Shown: positions 9,347 through 19,312 of the stretch, piece after piece
How the letters are laid out: each line of letters opens with the position of its first letter
Numbering within the stretch: position 1 is the first letter of the stretch
Assembly: GCA_965204725.1 (NCBI GenBank)
Contig: OZ242005.1
Location: 4,192,001 to 4,256,000 of the forward strand
Origin: Candidatus Latescibacterota bacterium
Lineage (GTDB): Bacteria; Latescibacterota; UBA2968; UBA8231
Length of the DNA stretch: 64,000 nucleotides
Direction of reading: 5' to 3'
Notes under the pieces: generated by a model
The model's input: only the letters and a program-made list of their open reading frames with translations
Databases searched by the model: none
Told to the model about the DNA's origin: nothing
Program-made: the position numbers and the translations under genes

Positions 9347-12295
9347 TTAGCGGGTGCCCGCCTGCCCTCCGGCGGCCTCATGGTGCGCCCTGAGCAGTTC
9401 GTCGAGAGCTTTAGAGGTATCCAAGTAATTGGACCATTCATAAGGCGTCATGCCAAAGCGCCGATCCCCCACCAGTGGGTCCGCGCCCCGCGCCAAGAGC
9501 AGGCGAGCGATCGCTAGCTGGTCGGCCATGACGGTTTTGTGCAGCGACGTACTGCCGCGGTCGTACCGGCTAAACCCACCGGCCAACCCATTAACATCTG
9601 CACCACGATCCAGCAGGAACTCCGCCGCTTCCAGCGCGCCGCTATAAGCCGCAAAATTGAGTGCTTCTACCATAATCTGCTCGGCGGTAAGCACGGCGTC
9701 CGGGTCCGGGTGGTAGAGGTGGCTAATCCCCTCTTTTAGCCTGCCCTCCGAGTCGAAGAACTCGGCCATCAGGTCAACGCGGTTGACGCCAGCGGCAAAG
9801 CGCAAATCTACGGCCGCCCCCTCGGCGACCAACATGTGCGCCAAGTCTAGATCCCTCTCCCTGAGCGCGTTCCATAACATTCGTCCCCGGTCGCGGTTCA
9901 CATCCACGCCGTTGGACACTAGGAGTCGGACCATTTCGGGCTTGCGCTCGGCCCATTCGAGTTGATCGCTTTCTATGAACAGGTCCAGCACGGAGACCGA
10001 GTCGTACGTGGCGGCGTTGGGGTCGGCACCGGCTGAGAGCAGAGCCGCGGCCAGTTCAGCCGCGTTTGCGGGCAGCGGCACTCGCTGTGGCTCGCCGGCC
10101 AAGTGGTGCAAGAGCGTGGCACCGCGAAAGCGCGGGTATTCGTAATACTCGTCGAAGTAGCCGCGAGCCGTCGTTAGCTCGGGGTACTCGGCGAGTAGCT
10201 TCTCAAGGGTCTCAACGTCGCCAGCATCAAGGGCTTCTACTGCTTCGTAGTAGGCTTGGTGGTCAGCGTCGCCGCGGTCTCGGCCTTGAGGCGGCAGTTC
10301 CTCGCCGTCGTGCGGAATGGCTAAGGCGACTAATTCGGGCGGACGCCTCCGGTTGCCCAGCGGCACGACCACGTATTGGCGACCGCCGGCTGTATAGCTC
10401 ATCGGCGCACCATAGGCGTTGCTGGGCAATTCGACGCGGCCAATCTCCGCACCGGACGCCAGTTCGTACGCCCGCAGATACGCATCGCGATCTACGAAGT
10501 AATCCTCGCCAACGTCGGCTAGGTCGCGTGGGTCCTGCGAAGTCGCCAACAGGAGGTTCGGCGTCGCCAAGATGAAGGTGCGGTTGTCCCAGCCCATATC
10601 GGGCAAGTCGAGGTCCTTGAGGGCCGGGTGATCGACCGGACCTTTGCCCACCGTCGCCCGCCATATATGCTCCCCGTTGTTGAGGTCAATCGCCGTGATG
10701 CTGCCGTAGGGCGGCTTGACCAGCGGCAAGCCCCGAGGGCCGACGACATCCTCATCAACGCGAGCAGAAAACGCCGAATGAGCCTCTAGATCCTCTACTC
10801 GGCGCAACTGCACGGTGGTGATGGCCTTATGCGACGGCACGTACAGTACGCCGGTGCGCGGATCGGCCGCACCGCCTGCCCAGTCGGCACCACCCCTTTG
10901 ACCGGGGACTGACAAGACGCTCTTCTCGGTCGGCGGCGTGTAAAGCGGGCCGTAGTCGTATTCAGCGAGAATGGCCTTAGCTTCCTCGCGCAACTCAGGC
11001 GTGAAGTCAATCAGGTCCTCCTCGCGGATGCCTTGAAGCTCAAAGGCCGCTGGTTTGGTCGGAAAAGGCTGTGTCGGCGAAGTCTGTTCCCCCACTACCT
11101 GCGACTGCGGAACTGGCTTTTCGACAATCGGCCAGATCGGCTCGCCCGTAATGCGGTCAAAGACAAAGCAGAAAGCCTGTTTGGTGAGCTGGGCGACAAC
11201 TTTGCGCGCTTGGCCATTGACGACCACGTCTAGCAGCAGGGGAGCAGCCGGCGGGTCATAGTCCCACAGACCGTGGTGAACCAACTGATAATGCCACACC
11301 CGCTCGCCGGTCTCTGCTCTCAGACACACCACTGACTCGCTGAACAGGTTGTCGCCGGGACGCTCGCCGCCGTAGTAGTCATGGCTAGCCGTGCTCACCG
11401 GCAGGTAGAGATAGCCCAACTCCTCGTCGGCTGTCATCGTCGCCCAGACATTGGCCGCGCCGTATTTCTTCCACGCCTCGTTTTCCCATGTCTCGTTGCC
11501 GTACTCGCCCTCCTGCGGGATCGTGTGGAATTCCCACACCTTCTCGCCGGTACGCACGTCAAAGGCTTGCACATCGCCCGGGGGTATGTACTCGGCTGGC
11601 GGCCGACCCCGCACATCTACGATCGCCGAGCCAACGGCAACCACATCGCGGCATACCACGGGCGGTGCCGTAACTCCGTAGCCCCTGCGATCCTGTTCGC
11701 TCAACGGCCGACGCAGCAGGGCACCCAAATCAACGCGCCCGCCCTCGCCAAAAGTCGAGTCGGGAATGCCGGTCTTAGCGTCAATGGAATATAGATGGGC
11801 GGTCGACGTCGCCAGAAACACCCGCTCAACCTCGCCATCGGTCCAATAGCTCACCCCGCGCGAGTTGCCCAAGAAAAAGGAACCAGCCTTCCAAGCCTCC
11901 GGGTCGAAAGCCCACAACTCCTCGCCACTTTGGCCGTCAATGGCCGAGAGGATGTTGAAGGGCGAGCCATAGTAGAGCACACCATTCACGGCGACCGGCG
12001 TGGCGCGGTTATTGTCGAAACGGAGGCTAGAACGACCGCGCCGCCGACCTCCCCGGCCCCGATCCCGGCCTCGGCTCGCTCTAGCCGTCTCGTAGAGCTG
12101 CTGATCGCGGGGCCGATAACGCCAGACCACGCGCAACGAATCGAAGTTGTCGCGATGGATCTGGTCCGCCGGGGTGTAGCGGGTGCCACCCTGATCGGCC
12201 CCGTAGTACGGCCAATCAACCTCGTCGGCAAACGCCGCCGCGGCGAGCAACAGCGACAACAAGATCGACAAGGTCCTACAGGCGCGTTTATTCAT
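9347..12295 (-). CDS. Secreted PQQ-dependent (quinoprotein glucose dehydrogenase-like) enzyme fused to C-terminal ankyrin repeats, copy 2
   Basis: Signal peptide MNKRAC..AAFA; WPYYGADQGGTRY, HHGLWDYD, TQPFPTKP, KPPYG propeller motifs; ankyrin motifs ATLLHH, LLSAGADPNA, LLDRGADVNG, LLARGADP. Confidence 0.88.
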   Translation of the reverse strand: MNKRACRTLSILLSLLLAAAAFADEVDWPYYGADQGGTRYTPADQIHRDNFDSLRVVWRYRPRDQQLYETARASRGRDRGRGGRRRGRSSLRFDNNRATPVAVNGVLYYGSPFNILSAIDGQSGEELWAFDPEAWKAGSFFLGNSRGVSYWTDGEVERVFLATSTAHLYSIDAKTGIPDSTFGEGGRVDLGALLRRPLSEQDRRGYGVTAPPVVCRDVVAVGSAIVDVRGRPPAEYIPPGDVQAFDVRTGEKVWEFHTIPQEGEYGNETWENEAWKKYGAANVWATMTADEELGYLYLPVSTASHDYYGGERPGDNLFSESVVCLRAETGERVWHYQLVHHGLWDYDPPAAPLLLDVVVNGQARKVVAQLTKQAFCFVFDRITGEPIWPIVEKPVPQSQVVGEQTSPTQPFPTKPAAFELQGIREEDLIDFTPELREEAKAILAEYDYGPLYTPPTEKSVLSVPGQRGGADWAGGAADPRTGVLYVPSHKAITTVQLRRVEDLEAHSAFSARVDEDVVGPRGLPLVKPPYGSITAIDLNNGEHIWRATVGKGPVDHPALKDLDLPDMGWDNRTFILATPNLLLATSQDPRDLADVGEDYFVDRDAYLRAYELASGAEIGRVELPSNAYGAPMSYTAGGRQYVVVPLGNRRRPPELVALAIPHDGEELPPQGRDRGDADHQAYYEAVEALDAGDVETLEKLLAEYPELTTARGYFDEYYEYPRFRGATLLHHLAGEPQRVPLPANAAELAAALLSAGADPNAATYDSVSVLDLFIESDQLEWAERKPEMVRLLVSNGVDVNRDRGRMLWNALRERDLDLAHMLVAEGAAVDLRFAAGVNRVDLMAEFFDSEGRLKEGISHLYHPDPDAVLTAEQIMVEALNFAAYSGALEAAEFLLDRGADVNGLAGGFSRYDRGSTSLHKTVMADQLAIARLLLARGADPLVGDRRFGMTPYEWSNYLDTSKALDELLRAHHEAAGGQAGTR

Positions 12296-12432
12296 CGGAT
12301 TTTCCTTTTCCGTGCTGGATGCCGCTTCAAGAACTTCGCGCAGGGCGTCGTTACCGTAGGGCGTGAGGCGTCTCGTCCCAGCACACGGAACCGATTCAAG
12401 GAGCCGCGCTCCGGCGGTCAAGTAGCGGCATC

Positions 12433-15354
12433 CTAGCGGGTGCCCGCCTTCTCTACGGCGGCCTCATGGTGCGCTCTGAGCAACTCGTCAAGAGCCTTAG
12501 AAGTATCCAAGTAGTTGGTCCACCCATAAGGCGTGGTGTCATAGCTTTGGTCCCCCACGAGCGGGTTCGCCCCCCGCGCCAAAAGGAACTGGGCCATCGC
12601 TAGCTGGTCGGCCATGACGGTTTTGTGCAGCGGCGTACTGCCATGGTCGTACCGATGAAACTCACCGGCAAAGCCGTCAATGTCCGCACCGCGATCCAGC
12701 AAAAACTCCGCCGCTTCCAACGCGCCGCTATAAGCCGCAAAATTGAGTGCTTCCACCACAATCTGCTCGGCGGTGAGCACGGTGTCCGGGTCCGGGTGGT
12801 AGAGGTGTCCGATTCCTTCTTTCAACTGGCCCTCCGGGTCAAAGAACTCGGCCATCAGGTCAACGCGGTTGACCCCAGCGGCAAAGCGCAAATCTACGGC
12901 CGCGCCCGCCGCAACCAACATGCGGGCCAACGCCAAGTCTCTCTCGATAAGCGCGTCCCACAAAACCCGGCCCCGGTTGTGATCTAAATCCACGCCCTCT
13001 GCGACTAAGAGCTGGACCATTTCAGGCTTGCCCTCAGCCCATTCAAGCTGGGCACTTCTTATCACCAAGTCCAGCACGGCGACCGAATCGAGAGTGGCAG
13101 CGTTGGGATCGGCACCTGCTGAGAGCAGGATCGCGGCTAGCTCAGCCGCGTTTTCGGGCAGCGGCACTCGCTGTGGTTCGCCAGCCAGATGGTGCAAGAG
13201 CGTGGCCCCGCGAAAGTACGGATACTCGTAATACTCGTCGAAGTAGCCGCGAGCCGTCGTTAGCTCGGGGTACTCGGTGAGCAGCTTCTCAAGGGCCTCA
13301 ATGTCGCCAGCATCAAGGGCTTCTACCGCCTCGTAAAAGGCTTTGTGGTCAGCGTCGCCACGGTCTCGGCCTTGGGGCGGCAGTTCCTCGCCTTCGCGTG
13401 GAATGGCCAAGGCGACCAATTCGGGCGGACGACCCGCCTCGCCTAGATAGTTGCCCAACGGCACGACCACGTACTGACGACCACCAGCCGTATAGCTCAT
13501 CGGCGCACCATAGGCGTTGCTGGGCAATTCGACGCGGCCTATCTCCGCGCCGGACGCCAGTTCGTACGCCCGCAGATACGCATCGCGATCGACGAAATAA
13601 TCCTCGCCAGCGTCGGCTAGGCCGTGCGGGTCCTGCGAAGTGGCCAACAAGAGGTTCGGCGTGGCTAAGACGAAGGTGCGGTTGTCCCAGCCCATATCCG
13701 GCAAATCGAGGTCCTTGAGCGCCGGGTGATTGACCGGACCTTTGCCCACCGTCGTCCGCCATACATGCTCCCCACTGTTGAGGTCAATGGCCGTGATGCT
13801 ACCGTAGGGCGGCTTGACCAGCGGCAGGCCCCGAGGACCGACGACGTGCATGTTGTTGCTAGCATAAAACGCCGAATGAGCCTCCGGGTCCTCTACCCGA
13901 TGCAGCTTCACGGTGGTGATGGCCTTATGCGACGGCACGTACAGCACACCAGTGCGCGGATCGGCCGCACCGCCCGCCCAGTCGGCACCACCCCATTGGC
14001 CGGGAACCGACAAGACGCCCTTCTCAGTCGGCGGCGTGTAGAGCGGACCGTAGTCATATTCGGCGAGAATGGCCTTAGCTTCCTCGCGCAACTCAGGCGT
14101 GAAGTCAATCAGGTCCTCCTCGCGGATGCCTTGAAGCTCAAAGGCCGCTGGTTTGGTCGGAAAAGGCTGCGTCGGCGCGGTCTGTTCGCTTGGCACCTGC
14201 GATTGAGGCACCGGCTTTTCGACAATCGGCCAGATCGGCTCGCCAGTAACGCGGTCAAAGACAAAGCAAAAGCCCTGCTTGGTAAGCTGGGCGACGACCT
14301 TGCGCGCTTGACCATCGACGACCACGTCCAACAGCAGGGGAGCAGTCGGCGGGTCGTAGTCCCACAGACCGTGGTGAACCAACTGATAGTGCCACACCCG
14401 CTCGCCGGTCTCGGCCTCTAGACAGACCACCGACTCGCTGAACAGGTTGTCGCCGGGACGCTCGCCGCCGTAGTAGTCGTGGCTGGCCGTGCTCACCGGC
14501 AGGTAGAGGTAGCCCAACTCCTCGTCGGCGGTCATCGTCGCCCAGACATTGGCCGCACCGTATTTCTTCCACGCCTCGTTTTCCCACGTTTCGTTGCCGT
14601 ATTCGCCCTCTAACGGAATCGTGTGAAACTCCCACACCTTCTCGCCGGTACGCACGTCGAAGGCCTGCACGTCGCCGGGGGGCGTGTACTCGGCCGGCGG
14701 CCCAAAGCGCCAGTCGCCCATGGCCGAGCCAACAGCGACCACGCCGCGACAAATCACGGGCGGGGACGTGACTCCGTAGTTCCAGCGGTCCTCCATGCCC
14801 AGCGGCCGACGCAACGAGGCCCCCAAATCGACGCGCCCGCCTTCGCCAAAAGTCGAGTCGGGAACGCCTGTCTTGGCGTCGATGGAATACAGATAGGAGG
14901 TCGAAGTCGCCAGAAATACCCGCTCGACCTCGCCATCGGTCCAATAGCTCACCCCGCGCAAATTGCCCAAGAAGCGGAAATTCATCTGCCAAGCCTCTGG
15001 GTCAAAGGTCCACAGTTCCTCACCGCTTTGGCCGTCGAGGGCCACGAGAATGTTGAAGGGCGAGCCATAGTAGAGCACGCCATTCACGGCGAGCGGTGTG
15101 CCGCGGTTGTTGTCAAAGTGGAGATTGCGTCCCACCGGATTGGGGCCAGCCGTCTCGTAGAGCTGCTGGTCGGGGGGCCGGTAGCGCCAGATCACGCGCA
15201 ACTGATCGAAGTTGTCGCGATGGAGCTGGTCCGCCGGGGTGTAACGGGTGCCGCCTTGGTCGGCTCCGTAGTACGGCCAACCAACATCGCCGGCAAACGC
15301 CGCCACCGCGACCGACAACAACGCCAGCAAAGCCCCACAGGCTCGTTTGTTCAT
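12433..15354 (-). CDS. Secreted PQQ-dependent dehydrogenase-ankyrin fusion, copy 1
   Basis: Same architecture; colinear and highly similar to 9347-12295; GAGGAG RBS. Confidence 0.88.
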   Translation of the reverse strand: MNKRACGALLALLSVAVAAFAGDVGWPYYGADQGGTRYTPADQLHRDNFDQLRVIWRYRPPDQQLYETAGPNPVGRNLHFDNNRGTPLAVNGVLYYGSPFNILVALDGQSGEELWTFDPEAWQMNFRFLGNLRGVSYWTDGEVERVFLATSTSYLYSIDAKTGVPDSTFGEGGRVDLGASLRRPLGMEDRWNYGVTSPPVICRGVVAVGSAMGDWRFGPPAEYTPPGDVQAFDVRTGEKVWEFHTIPLEGEYGNETWENEAWKKYGAANVWATMTADEELGYLYLPVSTASHDYYGGERPGDNLFSESVVCLEAETGERVWHYQLVHHGLWDYDPPTAPLLLDVVVDGQARKVVAQLTKQGFCFVFDRVTGEPIWPIVEKPVPQSQVPSEQTAPTQPFPTKPAAFELQGIREEDLIDFTPELREEAKAILAEYDYGPLYTPPTEKGVLSVPGQWGGADWAGGAADPRTGVLYVPSHKAITTVKLHRVEDPEAHSAFYASNNMHVVGPRGLPLVKPPYGSITAIDLNSGEHVWRTTVGKGPVNHPALKDLDLPDMGWDNRTFVLATPNLLLATSQDPHGLADAGEDYFVDRDAYLRAYELASGAEIGRVELPSNAYGAPMSYTAGGRQYVVVPLGNYLGEAGRPPELVALAIPREGEELPPQGRDRGDADHKAFYEAVEALDAGDIEALEKLLTEYPELTTARGYFDEYYEYPYFRGATLLHHLAGEPQRVPLPENAAELAAILLSAGADPNAATLDSVAVLDLVIRSAQLEWAEGKPEMVQLLVAEGVDLDHNRGRVLWDALIERDLALARMLVAAGAAVDLRFAAGVNRVDLMAEFFDPEGQLKEGIGHLYHPDPDTVLTAEQIVVEALNFAAYSGALEAAEFLLDRGADIDGFAGEFHRYDHGSTPLHKTVMADQLAMAQFLLARGANPLVGDQSYDTTPYGWTNYLDTSKALDELLRAHHEAAVEKAGTR

Positions 15355-15479
15355 GCTTTCTCCTCTCTACGGCTTGTTCACACGCCCCGAGGTGGATTTC
15401 AGACAGCTTCTAAGCGAAGGACGAGTTGGTATTAAACAGTGTCAACGGGGCCGTTCGTCGCAACGACCCTCTACGAGCT

Positions 15480-16223
15480 TCAGCGGAACTGGTCCAAATT
15501 CCCCTTGTACTCCAAGCCCAACACCTCTCGGCCCCGCGCCGTATTGCAAGTGGCGTCGGCTTCGGGCATGCCGACGATGTGCAGCACGTCGAACTTCACT
15601 TGGTCCCTTTCCAAGGCCAGCCGGCAGGCTTCGGCCAAATCGTGGCGGCAGACCAAGCCGTTGCGGATGTTCTGCAATGGCTCCCGGTGTCGGCCGATTC
15701 CCAAGCGCGAATCCACGATATAGTCGGGCCGCAAGACCACGATAGCCAGCCCAAAGGCTTCGTGAAACTGGCGGCACATTTCCTCCTGTAATCGCTTGCC
15801 CACCGCGTACAGGCTGCCATCGGGCCGCCGCACCTCCGCGGAGAAAAAAATTCCCTCGGGATGCACGGTCTGGCACGAGCCGATGTGTACTACTTTGCGG
15901 ACGCCCTGCTCTTGGGCCGCTTGCAGGACATTCCACAAACCCTTGAGGTTGACGAGGAAGGGCTTGTCGTCGTCCGGGTCGCAGCCGGAGTAAACCGCTG
16001 TGTGAATGACGCAATCTACGCCGCTGACGGCTCGCTCCACCGCGTGGTAATCGACTATATCGCCGTGGATCACTTCTCCGCCGTTCCAAGCACCGTCTAG
16101 GTCGCGCCAAGCCTCCCACGCTTGGGGGCCGTAATCAAAGGCGCGGACATCGTGTTTGCCAGCCAAATTTTGCAAGACAGCGCGACCCAACCAACCGGCA
16201 GCACCAAAGACCACTGTTTTCAT
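15480..16223 (-). CDS. NAD-dependent epimerase/dehydratase family (uronate dehydrogenase-like)
   Basis: GAAGWLG, YAVGK (YxxxK); AGGAG RBS before ATG 16223. Confidence 0.85.
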   Translation of the reverse strand: MKTVVFGAAGWLGRAVLQNLAGKHDVRAFDYGPQAWEAWRDLDGAWNGGEVIHGDIVDYHAVERAVSGVDCVIHTAVYSGCDPDDDKPFLVNLKGLWNVLQAAQEQGVRKVVHIGSCQTVHPEGIFFSAEVRRPDGSLYAVGKRLQEEMCRQFHEAFGLAIVVLRPDYIVDSRLGIGRHREPLQNIRNGLVCRHDLAEACRLALERDQVKFDVLHIVGMPEADATCNTARGREVLGLEYKGNLDQFR

Positions 16224-16269
16224 AGGGAACTCCTTTCTCAAAGTCGCCGCGGCCAAAGGCAGCACGACC

Positions 16270-16316
16270 GTCGCTCGCTATTCACCGCTGTTCATAGCGG
16301 TCGGCGCGATGGCGAC
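16270..16316. repeat. Left direct repeat of the island (copy of the PhyH gene 3' end)
   Basis: GTCGCTCGCTATTCACCGCTGTTCATAGCGGTCGGCGCGATGGCGAC matches 21999-22051 with one substitution and a 6-bp CTATTC indel. Confidence 0.9.
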
Positions 16317-16509
16317 GTGCCAGAAATTTTTCTTGAATTTACATAAATAAAACATTTATTTGAAGAATACGAAAGAATACAAAGCGGTTTCAAAACTAGC
16401 GTCGGGCCGTCTCAAGGGGCGTCCGGTGCCTTCTCATAAATTCCTTTTTTTTCCAAACAAGAAACCGAACCCAGAGTTTTGGGACCACCTCTAGTGAATA
16501 GATGAGCTA

Positions 16510-18351
16510 ATGGACAAAGAGAAAAAAATAGAACTCGAATCTTGGTGGCCTTCTATCAAAGAGTTAAAAAGTGCTAGTACGGCGATAGGTAAAACTGCGG
16601 TAATGATATGGCAGGTGGCACCACTGTCTTTATTGTCTGGCATGGCCATTCTGACCCTCATACAAAGTATATTACCGGCCTTGAAACTTTATTTGATGAA
16701 ATTTGTGATCGATGATGCTATCAAAATCTCCAAGATGGAAAACAGAGACATCGACTCCATTTTATTCTGGCTTATAGCATTGGTGTGCGTCGTTGTCTTG
16801 ACCGCGATTACTTCCCCTATCGCTTTAGCTCTGCAAAGTATTTTAGGGGATAAAATGAAAGGTTACATCGCGACCTTGACGATGGATGCGGTCGACGGGT
16901 TGCCCGATCTGGCGCATTTTGAAAACCCGAAATTCCACGACCAATTACGGCAAATTCAAAGGATTCAGCCCAACGTTGCGAATGTGGTTATATTTGGCTT
17001 TGATACATGCAAATACATACTACAAATAGTATTTGTCGCTTTATTTTTAAGCACCCTCGATTTTGTTTTTACTGGTTTTTTTCTTTTGACAATAATACCG
17101 TATGCTTTAGTGAATTACAGCTTCACCAATAGGGCAGGCATTGCTATACAACATCAGGCTCCTGAAGCGAGGAAGCTCGACTATTACCGCAATCAGATGC
17201 TTTCGTATGAAGTCGCTAAGGATGTAAAATTACTGGGACTGTACCGTTTCTTTTTATTGCGGTACGATGAGACTTTCAAGAAGATAACGGCGACCCTGTG
17301 GAATGTCCGTTTCAGAGAGTTTCTCTGGCTGTCCTTATGTACCGTAGTTGGTAGCGTGGGCCTATATGCAGTCTATAGTCATCTAGTCCATCAAGCCACT
17401 GAAGGATTGCTAACTATCGGATCTTTAGTCGCTTATCTAACGGCTGCGATACAGTTGTGGATGTATTCAAATGAGTGCATGTTCGGCGTTGCTATGCTTT
17501 TCCAAAGAGGTAGGCTTCTCTCTCATCTCTTTGCACTTCTGCAAGCCAAACCTGCGATTGAAATAATTTCCAATCAAAAAATCAGATCCTTCCCAGATTT
17601 TATCGAGCGCGTTGACTTTAAGGAGGTGAGTTTTAGATACCCCGGAACAGACCGTCTAATACTAAATCAGGTGTCCTTCTCGATCAATTTCAACGAATCG
17701 ATTTCCCTAGTGGGAAGAAACGGCGCTGGCAAGACCACTATTGTCAAACTCTTGGCCCGTTTGTACGATCCGCACAGCGGACAGATTCTGATCAATGGGA
17801 TTCCAATCAGCCACTTTGACCTCGATGAACTGCGAAAGAATATAGGAATTGTTTTTCAAGACTATAACCGCTATCAATTGACGGTCGAAGAAAACATAGG
17901 GCTAGGGAATTTAAGCCTTATAGAAAAGAAGAAGGTAAAAGAGGCCGCAGACCAAGCAGGAGCTGATTTTATTGAAGAACTTCCAAATAAATTTGCCACC
18001 CTCCTCGGGAAACAATTTGAGGGAGGCACTGAATTGTCCATTGGTCAATGGCAAAAACTGGCTATCGCTCGTGCTTTCTTCAGAGATGCACGGATTTTGA
18101 TTCTGGATGAACCCACGGCAGCGTTAGATGTACAAAGCGAATATGAAACATACCTCCACTTTCGCGATTTAACGAAGAACAAGGTCACGTTGATCATCTC
18201 CCACCGGCTATCTACAGCCCATGTAGTGGATAGAATCATAGTCTTGGAAGGGGGCCGCATCGTAGAAGAAGGCAACCATAGTTCTCTGATCGATCTCCAA
18301 GGAGTTTACTCCGATTTGTATAATATGCAAGCGAAACAATATAAAAGATGA
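16510..18351 (+). CDS. ABC exporter, fused permease/ATP-binding
   Basis: N-terminal TM helices; GRNGAGKTT, LSIGQWQK, ILILDEPT, ISHR. Confidence 0.93.
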   Translation: MDKEKKIELESWWPSIKELKSASTAIGKTAVMIWQVAPLSLLSGMAILTLIQSILPALKLYLMKFVIDDAIKISKMENRDIDSILFWLIALVCVVVLTAITSPIALALQSILGDKMKGYIATLTMDAVDGLPDLAHFENPKFHDQLRQIQRIQPNVANVVIFGFDTCKYILQIVFVALFLSTLDFVFTGFFLLTIIPYALVNYSFTNRAGIAIQHQAPEARKLDYYRNQMLSYEVAKDVKLLGLYRFFLLRYDETFKKITATLWNVRFREFLWLSLCTVVGSVGLYAVYSHLVHQATEGLLTIGSLVAYLTAAIQLWMYSNECMFGVAMLFQRGRLLSHLFALLQAKPAIEIISNQKIRSFPDFIERVDFKEVSFRYPGTDRLILNQVSFSINFNESISLVGRNGAGKTTIVKLLARLYDPHSGQILINGIPISHFDLDELRKNIGIVFQDYNRYQLTVEENIGLGNLSLIEKKKVKEAADQAGADFIEELPNKFATLLGKQFEGGTELSIGQWQKLAIARAFFRDARILILDEPTAALDVQSEYETYLHFRDLTKNKVTLIISHRLSTAHVVDRIIVLEGGRIVEEGNHSSLIDLQGVYSDLYNMQAKQYKR

Positions 18352-18468
18352 ACCGGCTAATCAATCAAACTAAGCAACTGGTAAGAGCTAGTGGTAGTAT
18401 TATTTACTTAGCATGGAAAGCTGATGCCTTTCTGACAATCGTGTTTATTCTTTTGCTTATTTTAGCAA

Positions 18469-19312
18469 GAAGCTATCTCATAAATACCGTAGCAGTATGA
18501 GGATGCATCCGAGTTGTACAAAGCCGAGGTAGTTTTCAGCATAGTATTCGTATCGAACCACGATGCGGCGGAAGTTATGCAACCAAGCAAACAGTCTTTC
18601 TATTTTCCAGCGTCTTTTGTAGCCCCGCAACCGCCGCCCGTCCTGGGTTTTGGCCTGCGTACGATTGCGGCGATGCGGCGCGATCATCTCAATGCCTTGG
18701 TCGGCCAGGCTCGCATCCAATCGATCCGAGTCGTAGGCTCGGTCCCCGATGAGTCGTTGCGGTCGGGGCTGGACCCATCGGTTTTCCAGGGTGGCTTCTA
18801 CGAGGGTGACTTCGTGCGGCGAAGCACTTTGGATGAGTACGGCGATAGGAAGACCAGCGCGGTCTGCCACTGCCATGAGCTTCGTACCTTTGCCCCGCTT
18901 GGTCGGACCCACTTGGTCCCCCCTTTTTTCGCCGCGACAAACAGGCCATCGATGAAGCATTCGCTCACATCAAGGCCCCCGCGCTCATGCAAGTCGTGCG
19001 CGAGGGTGCGCAGAATATGTTCAAAGGTGCCATCAGACGACCACTGTTGGAATCGACGATGGCAGGTCTGGTAGGACGGATAGCGAGCAGGCAGGTCATG
19101 CCCAGGCGCCCCGGTGCGGAGAATCCACAGAATACCATTGAGCACCGCTCGGTTACAACGCCACGGACGACCCCGGCCATCGCGGCGTTTGGGACACGCC
19201 GGCAGCAGTGGGGACACTATCGACCACTGTTCGTCTGTAAGATCCATAAGAGATACCTCCGAAAGGGAATACCACTAACGTAGCACAGCCAGACTATTTA
19301 TGAGATAGCTTC
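18469..19312 (-). mobile_element. IS5-family element (IS427-like subgroup), 844 bp
   Basis: Perfect 18-bp terminal IR GAAGCTATCTCATAAATA/TATTTATGAGATAGCTTC; 2-bp AA duplication. Confidence 0.92.
18478..19247 (-). CDS. IS5-family transposase, orfA/orfB joined by -1 frameshift
   Basis: OrfA MDLTDEQW...GILWILRTG; Orf[20 protein letters not shown]; slippery AAAAAAG at 18929-18923 (minus strand) in the overlap. Confidence 0.88.

Noticed and set aside
9347-15354. Assembly duplication of one gene
   Set aside because: The copies differ by many synonymous changes and in-frame indels throughout, so they are real paralogs.
15395-15412. GATTTCAGACAGCTTCTA resembling an IS5 terminal repeat
   Set aside because: Short partial match with no partner end or transposase; cannot be supported.
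16320-16509. RiPP precursor peptide upstream of the ABC exporters
   Set aside because: No convincing small ORF with RBS or leader motif; only AT-rich promoter-like DNA with a short AAGAATAC repeat.
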